Below are positions 1-10,242 of a stretch of DNA of 64,000 nt, one piece after another (positions within the stretch are counted from its first letter, which is position 1; every line of letters begins with the position of its first letter). Made by a program: the position numbers and the translations under genes. The stretch is from positions 44,853 to 108,852 of the forward strand of contig JAYZKD010000032.1 of assembly GCA_036163815.1 (NCBI GenBank), read 5' to 3'. Under the pieces are notes generated by a model. That model saw nothing but the letters and a program-made list of their open reading frames with translations. It did no database searches and had not been told where the DNA came from. The stretch comes from Pseudomonadota bacterium (GTDB lineage: Bacteria; Pseudomonadota; Alphaproteobacteria; MED-G09).

Positions 1-122
1 ATTTGTTGTTTGCGCAATAACTAAAAAAAGAATACCTATTAATGAGTTAAAGTATTGGTCAGTAGATAAACAAGAACCATATTTCGATGCAGAGAGTTCA
101 TTCATAGCGGCAACAGGTAGCC

Positions 123-1019
123 TTAATTAAATCTTTTATCCCACCTATTGTGGAGCCAAAACCATTCTTCAGGTTTTTCAATGATTTTTTCTTCTAGGAA
201 TTGATTTATTTTATTGGTAAAATTTAAAATATCTTCTTCAAGATTGCCGCTTTCATTAATTTCTATACTAGGGAAAAATTCTATTTCAAAAGTTACATTC
301 TTTATTCTTCTAACATTAAGAGGAACAATAGGATACCTATATTTTAAAGCTAAAGTAGCAGGAACACTTGCTGTCATAGCATCCATTTTAAAAAATTTTG
401 CCTTAACACCATTTGAAAGTTTTTGATCAACTAACATAGCAACACTACCTTTATTTTTTAAAAAGTTCAAAATTTCTTTTGTTCCTGATATACCTTTGGG
501 AAATTGATTTTTTGTAATTAATTTTCTCTGTTTAATCATCCAATTATTAAATAAAAAATTATTCGATTCTCTAAAAACAGCAGCTACTTTCTTATCTTTC
601 CTCATAATAGCAATTGGTATAATTTCCCAGTTAGCAAGATGACCAGAGACATAAATAACTCCTTGATTCTTATATTTTTCTATTACATTCTTCCCTTTAA
701 TTTTTATTCTATCTTCATCTTTTATTAGGGTCTTAATGTTAAAAAATTCTGCAGAAGTTCTTCCTAAGTTATTCCACATTTTTTCAATAATTCTTTTTCT
801 TTCTTCAAAATTTAAGTTTTGGAAGGCTTTTTTTAGATTCTTGTCAGCTCTTTTTGATATACCGAGCAATGGTCCTATTTTTTCAGCGACAAAACCTATT
901 GATTTTGAGCTTTTATCTATCCTCAATAATTTGCAAAATATATAAAAAAACAATAAGAATTGCATTTCAATTAAGTATCTTATGAATTTTAATATGAACA
1001 TATACTTGTTATAACACAA
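123..1019 (-). CDS. Lipid A biosynthesis acyltransferase (LpxL/HtrB-type lysophospholipid acyltransferase family)
   Basis: 298-aa ORF with an N-terminal TM helix and an H-x4-E motif (SGHLANWEI) typical of LPLAT/HtrB acyltransferases. The true start may be the internal Met (MQFLLFF..., about 965). Confidence 0.55.
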   Translation of the reverse strand: MCYNKYMFILKFIRYLIEMQFLLFFYIFCKLLRIDKSSKSIGFVAEKIGPLLGISKRADKNLKKAFQNLNFEERKRIIEKMWNNLGRTSAEFFNIKTLIKDEDRIKIKGKNVIEKYKNQGVIYVSGHLANWEIIPIAIMRKDKKVAAVFRESNNFLFNNWMIKQRKLITKNQFPKGISGTKEILNFLKNKGSVAMLVDQKLSNGVKAKFFKMDAMTASVPATLALKYRYPIVPLNVRRIKNVTFEIEFFPSIEINESGNLEEDILNFTNKINQFLEEKIIEKPEEWFWLHNRWDKRFN

Positions 1020-1057
1020 TTTTACCTCTAATTTCCTTTATAGTTTTGGAGTTTTGA

Positions 1058-1717
1058 ATGTCTGAGCCATTAGAAAATGAAATAGAAGAAGAATTAAGGA
1101 GAAAACAACTAAAATCACTATGGGATAGATTTGGTCTTTATCTTATAGCGGTAATATTAGTTATTATAATCTCTTTTGGTGGGTACGAATTTTCTAGCTA
1201 TTTAAGCAGAAACAACTCTGAGACAACTTCGGATGAGTATCAAAGAGCTATAATGGCAATCAATGAAAACAGAGTTAATGATGCTGAAGATATTTTTAAT
1301 TCTTTATTAAATGAGTCAAATGGATATTCAGGTTTGTCATTATTTAATCTTGCTAATATTTATTATTCAAAAGGAGAAAAAAAAATAGCCCTTAATTATC
1401 TCCAAGAAGCTTATGAAAATAAAAATCTGACAAAAAAAATTAGGGAATTTGCTATTTTAAAATCTGGTTACATAATGTTAGATGATTATGATATCAATGA
1501 TATTGAAATGAAATTATCTATATTACTTAAGTCCTCGGGAGCTTTTTCTTTTTATGCAAAAGAAATTATAGCATTAGCATATTATAGGGATAAGAAATTC
1601 AGTGATTCATCAAAGAAATTCAAAGAAATAGCTAATGATGCTGCCTCGCCAAAGAATATTGCTTCTAGAGCCAAAATATTTTCGGATCAAATACTAAGTT
1701 ATGATGAAGTTAAATAA
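1058..1717 (+). CDS. YfgM-like inner-membrane TPR protein
   Basis: 219 aa with a single N-terminal TM helix (LYLIAVILVIIISFGG) and a TPR-like C-terminus. It sits directly upstream of bamB-der, matching the conserved yfgM-bamB-der order. Confidence 0.4.
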   Translation: MSEPLENEIEEELRRKQLKSLWDRFGLYLIAVILVIIISFGGYEFSSYLSRNNSETTSDEYQRAIMAINENRVNDAEDIFNSLLNESNGYSGLSLFNLANIYYSKGEKKIALNYLQEAYENKNLTKKIREFAILKSGYIMLDDYDINDIEMKLSILLKSSGAFSFYAKEIIALAYYRDKKFSDSSKKFKEIANDAASPKNIASRAKIFSDQILSYDEVK

Positions 1718-1718
1718 A

Positions 1719-3050
1719 ATGTATAGATTATTATTTATTGTGATTATTTTACCTTTTTTGATTTCCTGTGAATCTTCAAATGGTTTTTTTGGAGGGAAAG
1801 ATATTGATAAAGACAGAATAAAGGGTGACAGAATATCTATTCTCAAATTGAGAAAAAATCTTGTTTCAGATCCTCAAACTTTACAAAGTAATATTGCTCT
1901 TCCTGATGCTTATGTTAATAGAAGTTGGTCCTATCCCGGAGGATCTTTAAGTAATGCTTTGGAAAATGTTTCTGGACCAAATACCTTAAACAAAAATTGG
2001 GGGCTAAAAATAGGATCAGGATCAACAAAAACATCTTATCTTATATCTATGCCTATTATTGCAGATAACAAGGTCTTTTCTTTGTCATCTGATTCAAGAA
2101 TCAGTGCGTTTGATTTAAATAAGAGAAAGAGGATTTGGACTGAAAATTTAGCGATAAAGAAAGAAAACAAAAAAGAAGGTTTTGGAGGAGGTTTATCATA
2201 TTCTGATGGTGAAATTTTTGTTTCAACCGGTTTTGGGTATTTATATGCATTTGATGCTAATTCAGGGAACAAACTATGGGAATTGAATATGCGAATACCT
2301 AGCCGTTCTTCTCCGATAGTATATCAATCTTTAGTATTTGTTATGACTCATGATAACCAATTATTTGCCGTGGATAAAGATTCTGGAGAAGTAATGTGGA
2401 CACACAGAGGGATTCTAGAGTCAGCCACGATATTATCTTCTACATCAATTGCTGCAGGTGAAGGCTTAATCTTTGTTCCTTATTCTTCAGGTGAAATATA
2501 TGCAATACGACCCATAAATGGTTCTGTAATATGGACCGATTCATTATCAAGAACAGGTTCTTCAACTTCTTTATCAGAAATAAATTCTATTACAGCAAGA
2601 CCTGTGGTTGATGATGGATTGCTATTTAGTGTTAGTCATGCTGGAAGAATGGTTTCAATAGATATCTCTACTGGTGAGAGGGTTTGGACCATAGATTTAT
2701 CCAGCACCGAAACACCATGGTTATCTGGCGATTGGTTATTTGCATTAACTACAAATGCAGAGTTGGTATGTATTTCAAAAAGATCTGGAAAAATAAGGTG
2801 GGTCACTCAATTGCAAATGTATAGAAATGAAGAAAAAAAGAAAAACCCTATTCAATGGAGTGGTCCAATAATGATTTCAGGGCAACTACTTACGGTTTCT
2901 TCTGAAGGAAAGGCTTTATGGGTCTCTCCCGAAGAAGGTCAAATAATTGAGACTGATAATATTTCAGGCTCAAGTTATTTGCCACCTATAATAGTTAATG
3001 AAACGATTTATATTTTAAACGATAATGGAGATCTTACAGCTTATAATTAA
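1719..3050 (+). CDS. bamB: Outer membrane protein assembly factor BamB (PQQ-like beta-propeller lipoprotein)
   Basis: The lipoprotein signal peptide ends in lipobox FLISC. PQQ/beta-propeller repeats are present. The likely start ATG at 1719 lies immediately after the upstream stop, and the gene precedes der. Confidence 0.7.
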   Translation: MYRLLFIVIILPFLISCESSNGFFGGKDIDKDRIKGDRISILKLRKNLVSDPQTLQSNIALPDAYVNRSWSYPGGSLSNALENVSGPNTLNKNWGLKIGSGSTKTSYLISMPIIADNKVFSLSSDSRISAFDLNKRKRIWTENLAIKKENKKEGFGGGLSYSDGEIFVSTGFGYLYAFDANSGNKLWELNMRIPSRSSPIVYQSLVFVMTHDNQLFAVDKDSGEVMWTHRGILESATILSSTSIAAGEGLIFVPYSSGEIYAIRPINGSVIWTDSLSRTGSSTSLSEINSITARPVVDDGLLFSVSHAGRMVSIDISTGERVWTIDLSSTETPWLSGDWLFALTTNAELVCISKRSGKIRWVTQLQMYRNEEKKKNPIQWSGPIMISGQLLTVSSEGKALWVSPEEGQIIETDNISGSSYLPPIIVNETIYILNDNGDLTAYN

Positions 3051-3068
3051 GCTTAAGTAATAAATGTT

Positions 3069-4412
3069 ATGGTTAAAACTGTAGCAATTATCGGCAGGCC
3101 AAATGTCGGCAAGTCAACGCTTTTTAATAGACTACTAGGAAAGAAAATTTCGATTGTAGCTAATGAACCCGGCGTGACCAGAGATTATATTATTGATAAA
3201 TATCATTATAAGGATTCAGTATTAGAGTTAATTGATACTGCCGGGATTCAAGAATCAAATAAAAAGGATCTATCTAAAGCTCTAAAAGGAATGTCCAAAA
3301 TTGCTATAGAAAAATCTGATGCTATTTTGTTTGTTTTAGATTCTAGAGAAGAGCTTACATCTGATGATTTTTATTTATCAAGGTTAATTAGAAAAAGTGG
3401 TAAAAAGGTTATCTTGGTAGCTAATAAGTGTGAGACGCTAAATCAAGATAATGATTCTTTAAGTTTTAATTCCTTAGGTTTTGGAGATCCTATTAATGTT
3501 TCTGCGGAACATGATAGAGGTATGAGTGATCTAAAAACTGTATTAAATAGGCTAGAAGAATTTTCTTACCCATTAAATAAAAATTTAATTGAAACTACAG
3601 AAGATTTTCCTATAAAAATATCTATATTAGGACGACCAAATTCAGGTAAATCAACTTTAACAAATTTTCTTTTAAAAGAAGAAAGACAACTTGTAGGAGC
3701 AGAATCAGGTCTTACGCGTGACGCGGTTTCATTAGAATTTAATTGGAAAGGCAATAGTTACATTATTATTGATACACCTGGTTTAAGAAAAAAATCTAAA
3801 ATTAATAATGCCGTTGAAAGGATTGCTTCTAAAACAAGTTTAAAATCAGTCGAAGAATCTGATGTTTCAATATTAATGATTGATGCCTCTATTGGGTTTG
3901 ATAAACAAGATCTTAATATTGCCAATTTTATTGAGAACAAAGGAAAACCTTTTTCAATAGCTATTAATAAATGGGATTTAGTTAAAAACAAAAGAACTAA
4001 AAAAATTGAATTAATTGAAAAAATAAAAAAATCATTACCTCAATTAGGAGATGTTTCGATCATTTTTATTTCTTCTCATAAAGGAAGTGGAATTAATGAA
4101 TTGATGAAAAGAACAAATACGATATTTAGTTTGGGAAAATTATCCATATCTACAAATAATCTTAATTTATTTATGGAGAAGATTACATCGATACATTCAC
4201 ATCCAAATGTAAAAGGGAAGGAAATAAGATTTAAATATATTACTCAGACTAATACTAACCCATTGTCATTTATTATTTTTGTAAATAAACCGAGATCTGT
4301 TATAGATTCCTATAATAGATATATACTGAATAAATTAAGAGAAGAATTTAATTTAGATGGGGTGCCTGTAAGAATATTTTATAGAAAAAGTGAGAATCCC
4401 TATCATCATTAA
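3069..4412 (+). CDS. der: Ribosome biogenesis GTPase Der (EngA)
   Basis: Two tandem GTPase domains each carry a P-loop (GRPNVGKST and GRPNSGKST), G3 DTAG/DTPG and G4 NKCE/NKWD motifs, and a C-terminal KH-like domain. Length is 447 aa. Confidence 0.9.
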   Translation: MVKTVAIIGRPNVGKSTLFNRLLGKKISIVANEPGVTRDYIIDKYHYKDSVLELIDTAGIQESNKKDLSKALKGMSKIAIEKSDAILFVLDSREELTSDDFYLSRLIRKSGKKVILVANKCETLNQDNDSLSFNSLGFGDPINVSAEHDRGMSDLKTVLNRLEEFSYPLNKNLIETTEDFPIKISILGRPNSGKSTLTNFLLKEERQLVGAESGLTRDAVSLEFNWKGNSYIIIDTPGLRKKSKINNAVERIASKTSLKSVEESDVSILMIDASIGFDKQDLNIANFIENKGKPFSIAINKWDLVKNKRTKKIELIEKIKKSLPQLGDVSIIFISSHKGSGINELMKRTNTIFSLGKLSISTNNLNLFMEKITSIHSHPNVKGKEIRFKYITQTNTNPLSFIIFVNKPRSVIDSYNRYILNKLREEFNLDGVPVRIFYRKSENPYHH

Positions 4413-5125
4413 GTAAAAGATATTTTTTTTATCTTTCCTTTATTAATATTTTTATCTTTAAATAAATTATCGATAATTTTCTCAGCAATATTACTTGGAT
4501 TAGCGAATTGATCTTCCTTTGATCCAGGAATCAAAGTTTTCCTTAAATATGTATTCATTTTTGGTAAATAACAGAAATAAACACCTATATGAGTATGAGA
4601 TATTTCTTTAGCCCATATTTTGGCTAATTTTTTTAAACCTACTTTACTAACTGAGTAGGGTATATGAAAAGGTTTGTTCTCCTTTGTTTCTTTATCTAAA
4701 ATAAATAAAACCTTGCTTTCTTTAGAGGATTTTAAGAGTTGCTCTAAGGATCTTATTAATCGATAATTTGATGTTAGATTAGTTTTAATAATATTATCCC
4801 AGGTATCTGGTTTTATATGTGACAAAGGTGTTAATTCATTAGTTACTGCGGCGTTTGATATTAATATATCTAATTTTCCCCACTTTTTATTTAATTCAAA
4901 ACCTAAATTATCTATTGCATCATTATCATTTAAATCTAAAGGAACTATTGTCGATTTTGCACCTATTTCTTTTATGTCATCATATAACTCTTCAAGACCT
5001 CCTACTGTTCTAGCTAAAAGTATTGTTTCAACACCTCTTTTTGCAAGCTCTAGAGATAAATACTTACCCAAACCTCTTGAAGAGCCAGTTATAAGAGCTA
5101 CCTGTCCTGATGGCTTGCCATTCAT
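4409..5125 (-). CDS. Short-chain dehydrogenase/reductase (SDR) family oxidoreductase
   Basis: An N-terminal TGSSRGLG Rossmann motif and NAA/YxxxK-type SDR features over 238 aa. It overlaps the der stop by 4 nt, convergently. Confidence 0.7.
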   Translation of the reverse strand: MNGKPSGQVALITGSSRGLGKYLSLELAKRGVETILLARTVGGLEELYDDIKEIGAKSTIVPLDLNDNDAIDNLGFELNKKWGKLDILISNAAVTNELTPLSHIKPDTWDNIIKTNLTSNYRLIRSLEQLLKSSKESKVLFILDKETKENKPFHIPYSVSKVGLKKLAKIWAKEISHTHIGVYFCYLPKMNTYLRKTLIPGSKEDQFANPSNIAEKIIDNLFKDKNINKGKIKKISFT

Positions 5126-5128
5126 TAA

Positions 5129-6640
5129 TTAATTTTGACTTTCATTTTCTGATAATAGGGAGAGTTGTTCTTGAACTTTTTCACTTTTATAGTCATCCAG
5201 AACAGTAGGATAATCCCCTGTGAAGCAATGATCTGTATACTCGGGATTATCTTCATTTCTTCCTTCTTTAAAGCCCATGGATTTATATAAACCATTTAAT
5301 GAAAGAAAACCTAATGTATCAGCGCCAATAAATTTACACATTTCTTCTAAATTCTTATTAGCTGCTAGCAACTGTTCAGTTTCAGGTGTATCTATTCCAT
5401 AAAAATCAGGAAACTTAATAGGAGGACATCCAATTCTCATATGAATTTCTGATGCTCCTGCCTCTCTCATAAGTTGTACAATTTTTACAGATGTAGTCCC
5501 TCTTACAATACTATCATCAACTAAAACAACCTTCTTGCCTTTGATAGAGCTTCTATCAGGATTATGCTTAAGTTTTACTGATGATTGTCTGTTCGATTGA
5601 GTGGGTTGTATAAATGTCCTTCCAACATAATGATTTCTAATTATCGATAATTCAAATGGTATTCCTGATGATTCAGAATATCCTAATGCTGCTGGAACAC
5701 CAGAATCAGGAACTGGTATTACAATATCAGCATCCGCAGGACATTCTTTAGCAAGATTTCTTCCAAAAAATTTTCTACATTCATACACCGATTTACCATC
5801 TAAAACAGAATCTGGGCGTGAAAAATATATATATTCAAATATACAAGGTCTTAATTTTGTATTTGGAAAAGGTTTAACGCTTTCTTCTCCATCTTCAGTT
5901 ATAATAATGATCTCTCCAGGTTCAATTTCTCTAATAAATTTTGCACCTATAATATCAAGAGCACATGTTTCAGAGGCTAGAATTTTTCCTCCATCTAATT
6001 CACCCATTACAAGGGGTCTTATTCCAAAAGGATCACGTGCGCCTATTAATTTTTTATTAGTTAGAACAACAAGAGACCAAGCTCCTGTTATTTGCATTAA
6101 TGCATCTACCAATCTGTTGACAGTTCGGTCAGCATCAGACCTTGCAACAAGTTGTAAAATAGTTTCTGTATCTGAAGTAGATTGAAAGATTGATCCTTTC
6201 TTTATTAATTCATCCCTTAAAGATAGTGCATTTGTAATATTTCCATTATGAGCCATAGCAAAACCACCACCCCATAAATCAGCAAAAAATGGCTGTATAT
6301 TTCTTTGAATCGTTGCTCCTGTAGTTGAATATCTGTTATGACCTACAGCACTTTTCCCAACTAGCCTTTTCATAATTGATTCTTTTGTAAAATTATCACT
6401 AACTAAGCCAGGATGCCTTTCAGAGATAAATTTTGTTCCGTCAAATGTGACAATTCCTGCTGCCTCTTGACCTCTATGTTGGAGTGCGTGAAGCCCAAGA
6501 GCCGTCAAAGCAGCAGAGTCTTCGTGACCAAATACTCCAAAAACACCACATTCTTCATGCAACTTATCATCTTCTATAATAGATAAATTATTTTGTTTTT
6601 TAATTTTCACCGTTGCCTGACTCAAAATTTTCTGTTTCAC
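5129..6640 (-). CDS. purF: Amidophosphoribosyltransferase
   Basis: A CGVFGVFG N-terminal nucleophile Cys with glutamine amidotransferase class II and PRTase domains (DDSIVRGTT). The ORF has an N-terminal extension or propeptide that overlaps cvpA, so the true start is uncertain. Confidence 0.88.
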   Translation of the reverse strand: MKQKILSQATVKIKKQNNLSIIEDDKLHEECGVFGVFGHEDSAALTALGLHALQHRGQEAAGIVTFDGTKFISERHPGLVSDNFTKESIMKRLVGKSAVGHNRYSTTGATIQRNIQPFFADLWGGGFAMAHNGNITNALSLRDELIKKGSIFQSTSDTETILQLVARSDADRTVNRLVDALMQITGAWSLVVLTNKKLIGARDPFGIRPLVMGELDGGKILASETCALDIIGAKFIREIEPGEIIIITEDGEESVKPFPNTKLRPCIFEYIYFSRPDSVLDGKSVYECRKFFGRNLAKECPADADIVIPVPDSGVPAALGYSESSGIPFELSIIRNHYVGRTFIQPTQSNRQSSVKLKHNPDRSSIKGKKVVLVDDSIVRGTTSVKIVQLMREAGASEIHMRIGCPPIKFPDFYGIDTPETEQLLAANKNLEEMCKFIGADTLGFLSLNGLYKSMGFKEGRNEDNPEYTDHCFTGDYPTVLDDYKSEKVQEQLSLLSENESQN

Positions 6641-7133
6641 TTAATGGCCTTATATTAAATATTTCAAAGTTTTCGGTAAATATTAATGATATTCCTTCAA
6701 CAACAGGTAATAATTTAGAATTTTTGGTAAATTCAGGATGGGATTCTTTCTCATTAGGCAATAATGTATAAATATAAATTATACATGCAAGAATTAAAAT
6801 TCTCGTAATCCCAAATACAAAACCTAAAAACTTATCTAGATATCCTATTGATGTAGATTTGAAAATCTTCAGTATTGGAATCGATATTATACGCCAAATT
6901 ATTAAAGTTAAAATAAAGATTAGAGAAATTATTGTTATGTCTCGTAAGACATCGTTAACAATAATGCTTTCTAGAGGTTGAGAAAAAAATGGCATAAAAA
7001 TCTTAATATTAATAAAAGCTATCACCCAACCTAATAATGCAAGAAATTCTTTAAAAAACCCTTGAAATAAGGCTAAAGTCCCAGAGATTATCATAGAAAA
7101 AATTAAAATGAGATCGATTAAGTTATTATCCAT
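6600..7133 (-). CDS. cvpA: Colicin V production protein CvpA (membrane protein)
   Basis: 177 aa with four predicted TM helices, directly upstream of purF in the conserved cvpA-purF arrangement. Confidence 0.7.
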   Translation of the reverse strand: MDNNLIDLILIFSMIISGTLALFQGFFKEFLALLGWVIAFINIKIFMPFFSQPLESIIVNDVLRDITIISLIFILTLIIWRIISIPILKIFKSTSIGYLDKFLGFVFGITRILILACIIYIYTLLPNEKESHPEFTKNSKLLPVVEGISLIFTENFEIFNIRPLSETENFESGNGEN

Positions 7134-7196
7134 GCTTATCCAAATATTGAGTAATATAAATAAGGCTTAATTACATAAATTTCTACATAATTATTT

Positions 7197-7946
7197 TTAA
7201 TTTATCGGTCCGTCAGAATATCCGTTAATAAATTGAACAACATAAGGGTTGTCAGTCTTTTCTATTTCATATTTGTCACCTTCCCAAATAATTTTACCTT
7301 CATGTAACATATGGATTTTATCCGCAATACTTCTTGCGCTTGCCATGTCATGAGTAATAGTTAAAGAAGTTGCACCAATATCTTTTACTTTCTCAATTAT
7401 TAATTTGTTTATTATATCAGCATTTATTGGGTCTAGGCCTGTTGTTGGTTCATCAAAAAAAATTACATCGGGTTCAATAGCTATAGCTCGTGCTAAAGCT
7501 ACTCTTTTTTGCATGCCACCAGATATTTCAGATGGATAAAGATTAGCAATTGTACTATCAAGACCTACTTTTTCTAGGTTTATAATTGCATTATTAAAAC
7601 AGAATTTTTTCTTTTCTCCTTTCTGTATGTGATAAAAGCTTACATTCTGCCATATTTTTAGACTATCAAATAATGCCCCACCTTGGAAAAGCATTCCTAT
7701 CTTTGTTTTGTTTGGAGTTATATAGTCTCCATTTTCAAAAATAGTTTTATTGTTTATTTCTATTTTTCCATTGTCTGGAATTATGAGCCCTAAAATACAT
7801 TTTATTAATACTGATTTACCTGTTCCTGAACCTCCAATTATAACTGATGAATTTCCTTTTTCTACATTTAGGTTAAGTCCGTTAAGGACAGTTTTTTTAT
7901 TAAATGACTTATGTAAATTATTTATATCTATCATTTTAATTAGCAA
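7197..7946 (-). CDS. mlaF: ABC transporter ATP-binding protein, MlaF-like (phospholipid transport)
   Basis: Walker A GGSGTGKS, ABC signature LSGGMQKR and Walker B IIFFDEPT over 249 aa. It is adjacent to and overlaps the MlaE-like permease. Confidence 0.7.
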   Translation of the reverse strand: MLIKMIDINNLHKSFNKKTVLNGLNLNVEKGNSSVIIGGSGTGKSVLIKCILGLIIPDNGKIEINNKTIFENGDYITPNKTKIGMLFQGGALFDSLKIWQNVSFYHIQKGEKKKFCFNNAIINLEKVGLDSTIANLYPSEISGGMQKRVALARAIAIEPDVIFFDEPTTGLDPINADIINKLIIEKVKDIGATSLTITHDMASARSIADKIHMLHEGKIIWEGDKYEIEKTDNPYVVQFINGYSDGPIN

Positions 7947-8709
7947 AAAATAAATTTGTCATAATATAATTTGAGGCAAGAATTAAAACCGAAGAAGAAA
8001 CAACAGCATTTGTAGTGGCTTTTCCAACTCCTTGAGCACCTCCTTTTGAATTAAAACCCTGATAGCACCCCATGAGAGTGATTAAAAAACCAAAAACAGA
8101 TGCCTTAATTAAGCCTGATGTAACATCAGATATTTCAAGAAAGTTTATAGTATTTTGTATGTAAACACTTCCATTAAAGTCTAAACTTTGGACTCCTATA
8201 AACCACCCTCCCATTATTCCAATAATATCTGCAAATAGTATCAGAATAGGTAGCATGATTATCCCTGATATAATTCGAGGAACTACCAGATAGCTATGTG
8301 GTTCAGCAGATAATGTTTTTAATGCATCTATTTGCTCAGTAACTTTCATTGTTCCTATTTCTGCAGCTATGGCAGCTGAAACTCTTCCAGCTACAACTAT
8401 TCCTCCTAATACTGGTCCTAATTCTCTAGTAATACCAAGAGCAACAATAGATGATACAATCGATTCGGAATTAAATTGATTTCCACCATAATAAATTTGC
8501 AATGCTAAGGCTCCACCAGTAAAAAATGAAGTAAGCGCTACAACTGGCAAAGAAAAATAACCAATAAATACAGCTTGATTAATAATATTTCTTAGATACC
8601 AACGCCCAAAAAAAGACTTTAATATTCTTAAGAAGAAAATAAAAAACTTTCCTGTTTCGTTAAGAAAGAATACAACAACATTACCTATGCTCGATATAAT
8701 TCCTATCAC
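7936..8709 (-). CDS. mlaE: ABC transporter permease, MlaE-like
   Basis: A 257-aa polytopic membrane protein of the MlaE/Ttg2B permease type, overlapping mlaF by 11 nt. Confidence 0.65.
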   Translation of the reverse strand: MIGIISSIGNVVVFFLNETGKFFIFFLRILKSFFGRWYLRNIINQAVFIGYFSLPVVALTSFFTGGALALQIYYGGNQFNSESIVSSIVALGITRELGPVLGGIVVAGRVSAAIAAEIGTMKVTEQIDALKTLSAEPHSYLVVPRIISGIIMLPILILFADIIGIMGGWFIGVQSLDFNGSVYIQNTINFLEISDVTSGLIKASVFGFLITLMGCYQGFNSKGGAQGVGKATTNAVVSSSVLILASNYIMTNLFFAN

Positions 8710-10242
8710 TTATTCATATCTTTCTGGTAGATAATTTTCTTTAGCTAAATCAGAAAATTTTGTTAGTTTTTTCTCAAATTGAAGTTGTACATTTGAGGTA
8801 GGTCCGTGACGATGTTTTCTAATTAAAACCTCTGCTTTTCCATGAACTTCATCCATTCGTGCTTGCCATGTCGTATGTTGTTCAGTTCCTGGAGGAGGTT
8901 GATTGTTTTCTAGATAGTACTCATCTCTGTAAACAAACATAACTATATCGGCATCTTGTTCAATTGCACCAGATTCTCTTAGATCCGATAATTGGGGCCT
9001 TTTATCATCTCTTGATTCAACCTGCCTAGATAATTGTGATAGAGCGATTATGGGTATATCTAAATCTTTTGCCAATGACTTTAATCCTTGAGTAATTTCT
9101 GCAATCTCTTGGACTCTACTATCTCTGTATCTTCCTGATGATGTAGCAGCTAATTGAATATAATCAACTATTATTAGTCCTAAATCTTGATTTTTTGTAG
9201 CTTTTAAAGTTCTTGATAATCGCCTTGCTCTTGTAGACAAAACTCCAATTGGAATAGAGCCACTTTGATCAATATAGAAAGGTACAGATTTAAGATCCTG
9301 AATAACACGTGCATAATGCATAAATTGATCTTCTTTTATATTGCCTTTTCTTAATTCGCTCGATTCTATTCCAGATTGTTCCGCAGCTATTCTCGTTGTC
9401 AATTGTTCTGCAGACATTTCTAGGGAAAAAAATGCAACAACAGCTCCATCAGTAATTATGTTGCCATTTTTATCTGATTCAACTTCATCACTTTTTAAAC
9501 TTTCTTCATATTTTTTTGCAATGTTAAACCCTATATTAGTAGCCAAAGCTGTTTTACCCATAGCAGGTCTACCTGCTAGAATTACTAAATCTGACTTTTG
9601 TAATCCACCTAAAGCTTTATCAAGATCGTTAAATCCTGTAGATAATCCAGCCAATCCACCTGATGATTGATATGCAGATTCAATTGTATTTAAAGAATCA
9701 ACTAGAGCATCTTCAAATGGCATAAATCCTTGTTCTGCATCACCTGTTAACTCTATTTGGAATAATTGATTTTCTGTTTCTTCAATTATATCATTTGCTG
9801 TTATATCTTCTTGGCTAAGATCATGTGATGAGTATTGAAGATATTCTGCTGTATTAATCAGCTTTCTTCTTAATGCTAGATCATAAATCATTGCAGAATA
9901 TTCCTCAATGGCAGGACTTGGGGCAGAATTTATGACAAGTTTCTCAAAATATTCTTCATCACCAAATTCTTCATCTGTCTCGAAATATGTTTTTAGAAAA
10001 ATTAGATTTGCTGTTTTACCTGCTGATAGGGATTTATTAATTCTATCATAGATCTGACCGTGTTGTTTTATGTAAAAATGTTCAGCCTTGAGTTTAGTAT
10101 TATTACACTTATCAATTAAATCATTATTCCTAATTAAAGCTCCCAAGAGTTGTTGTTCAGCTTCCATATTATAAGGAAGATCGGCAGACTTTTCTTTTGA
10201 TTGATTGTCTTGATTTATTAGGTAAGGGGTTGAATTACTCAT
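8710..10242 (-). CDS. dnaB: Replicative DNA helicase DnaB
   Basis: N-terminal DnaB domain, Walker A GRPAMGKT, and RecA-like fold motifs across 510 aa. No intein is present. Confidence 0.9.
   Translation of the reverse strand: MSNSTPYLINQDNQSKEKSADLPYNMEAEQQLLGALIRNNDLIDKCNNTKLKAEHFYIKQHGQIYDRINKSLSAGKTANLIFLKTYFETDEEFGDEEYFEKLVINSAPSPAIEEYSAMIYDLALRRKLINTAEYLQYSSHDLSQEDITANDIIEETENQLFQIELTGDAEQGFMPFEDALVDSLNTIESAYQSSGGLAGLSTGFNDLDKALGGLQKSDLVILAGRPAMGKTALATNIGFNIAKKYEESLKSDEVESDKNGNIITDGAVVAFFSLEMSAEQLTTRIAAEQSGIESSELRKGNIKEDQFMHYARVIQDLKSVPFYIDQSGSIPIGVLSTRARRLSRTLKATKNQDLGLIIVDYIQLAATSSGRYRDSRVQEIAEITQGLKSLAKDLDIPIIALSQLSRQVESRDDKRPQLSDLRESGAIEQDADIVMFVYRDEYYLENNQPPPGTEQHTTWQARMDEVHGKAEVLIRKHRHGPTSNVQLQFEKKLTKFSDLAKENYLPERYE

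Noticed and set aside
214-426. Many small ORFs in the six-frame track lie entirely inside, or antisense to, larger conserved genes: 214-426, 736-945, 2036-2272, 3566-3991, 5907-6185, 9341-9670, 12394-12756, 13982-14227, 20013-20219, 20724-21143, 22901-23275, 23891-24307, 37159-37479, 37446-37775, 47786-48211, 52302-53633, 55002-55202, 55355-55588 and others.
   Set aside because: Each one overlaps a longer ORF with a clear conserved-protein identity. Their sequences are low-complexity frame shadows of AT-rich coding DNA, and none has a start context or recognisable motif.
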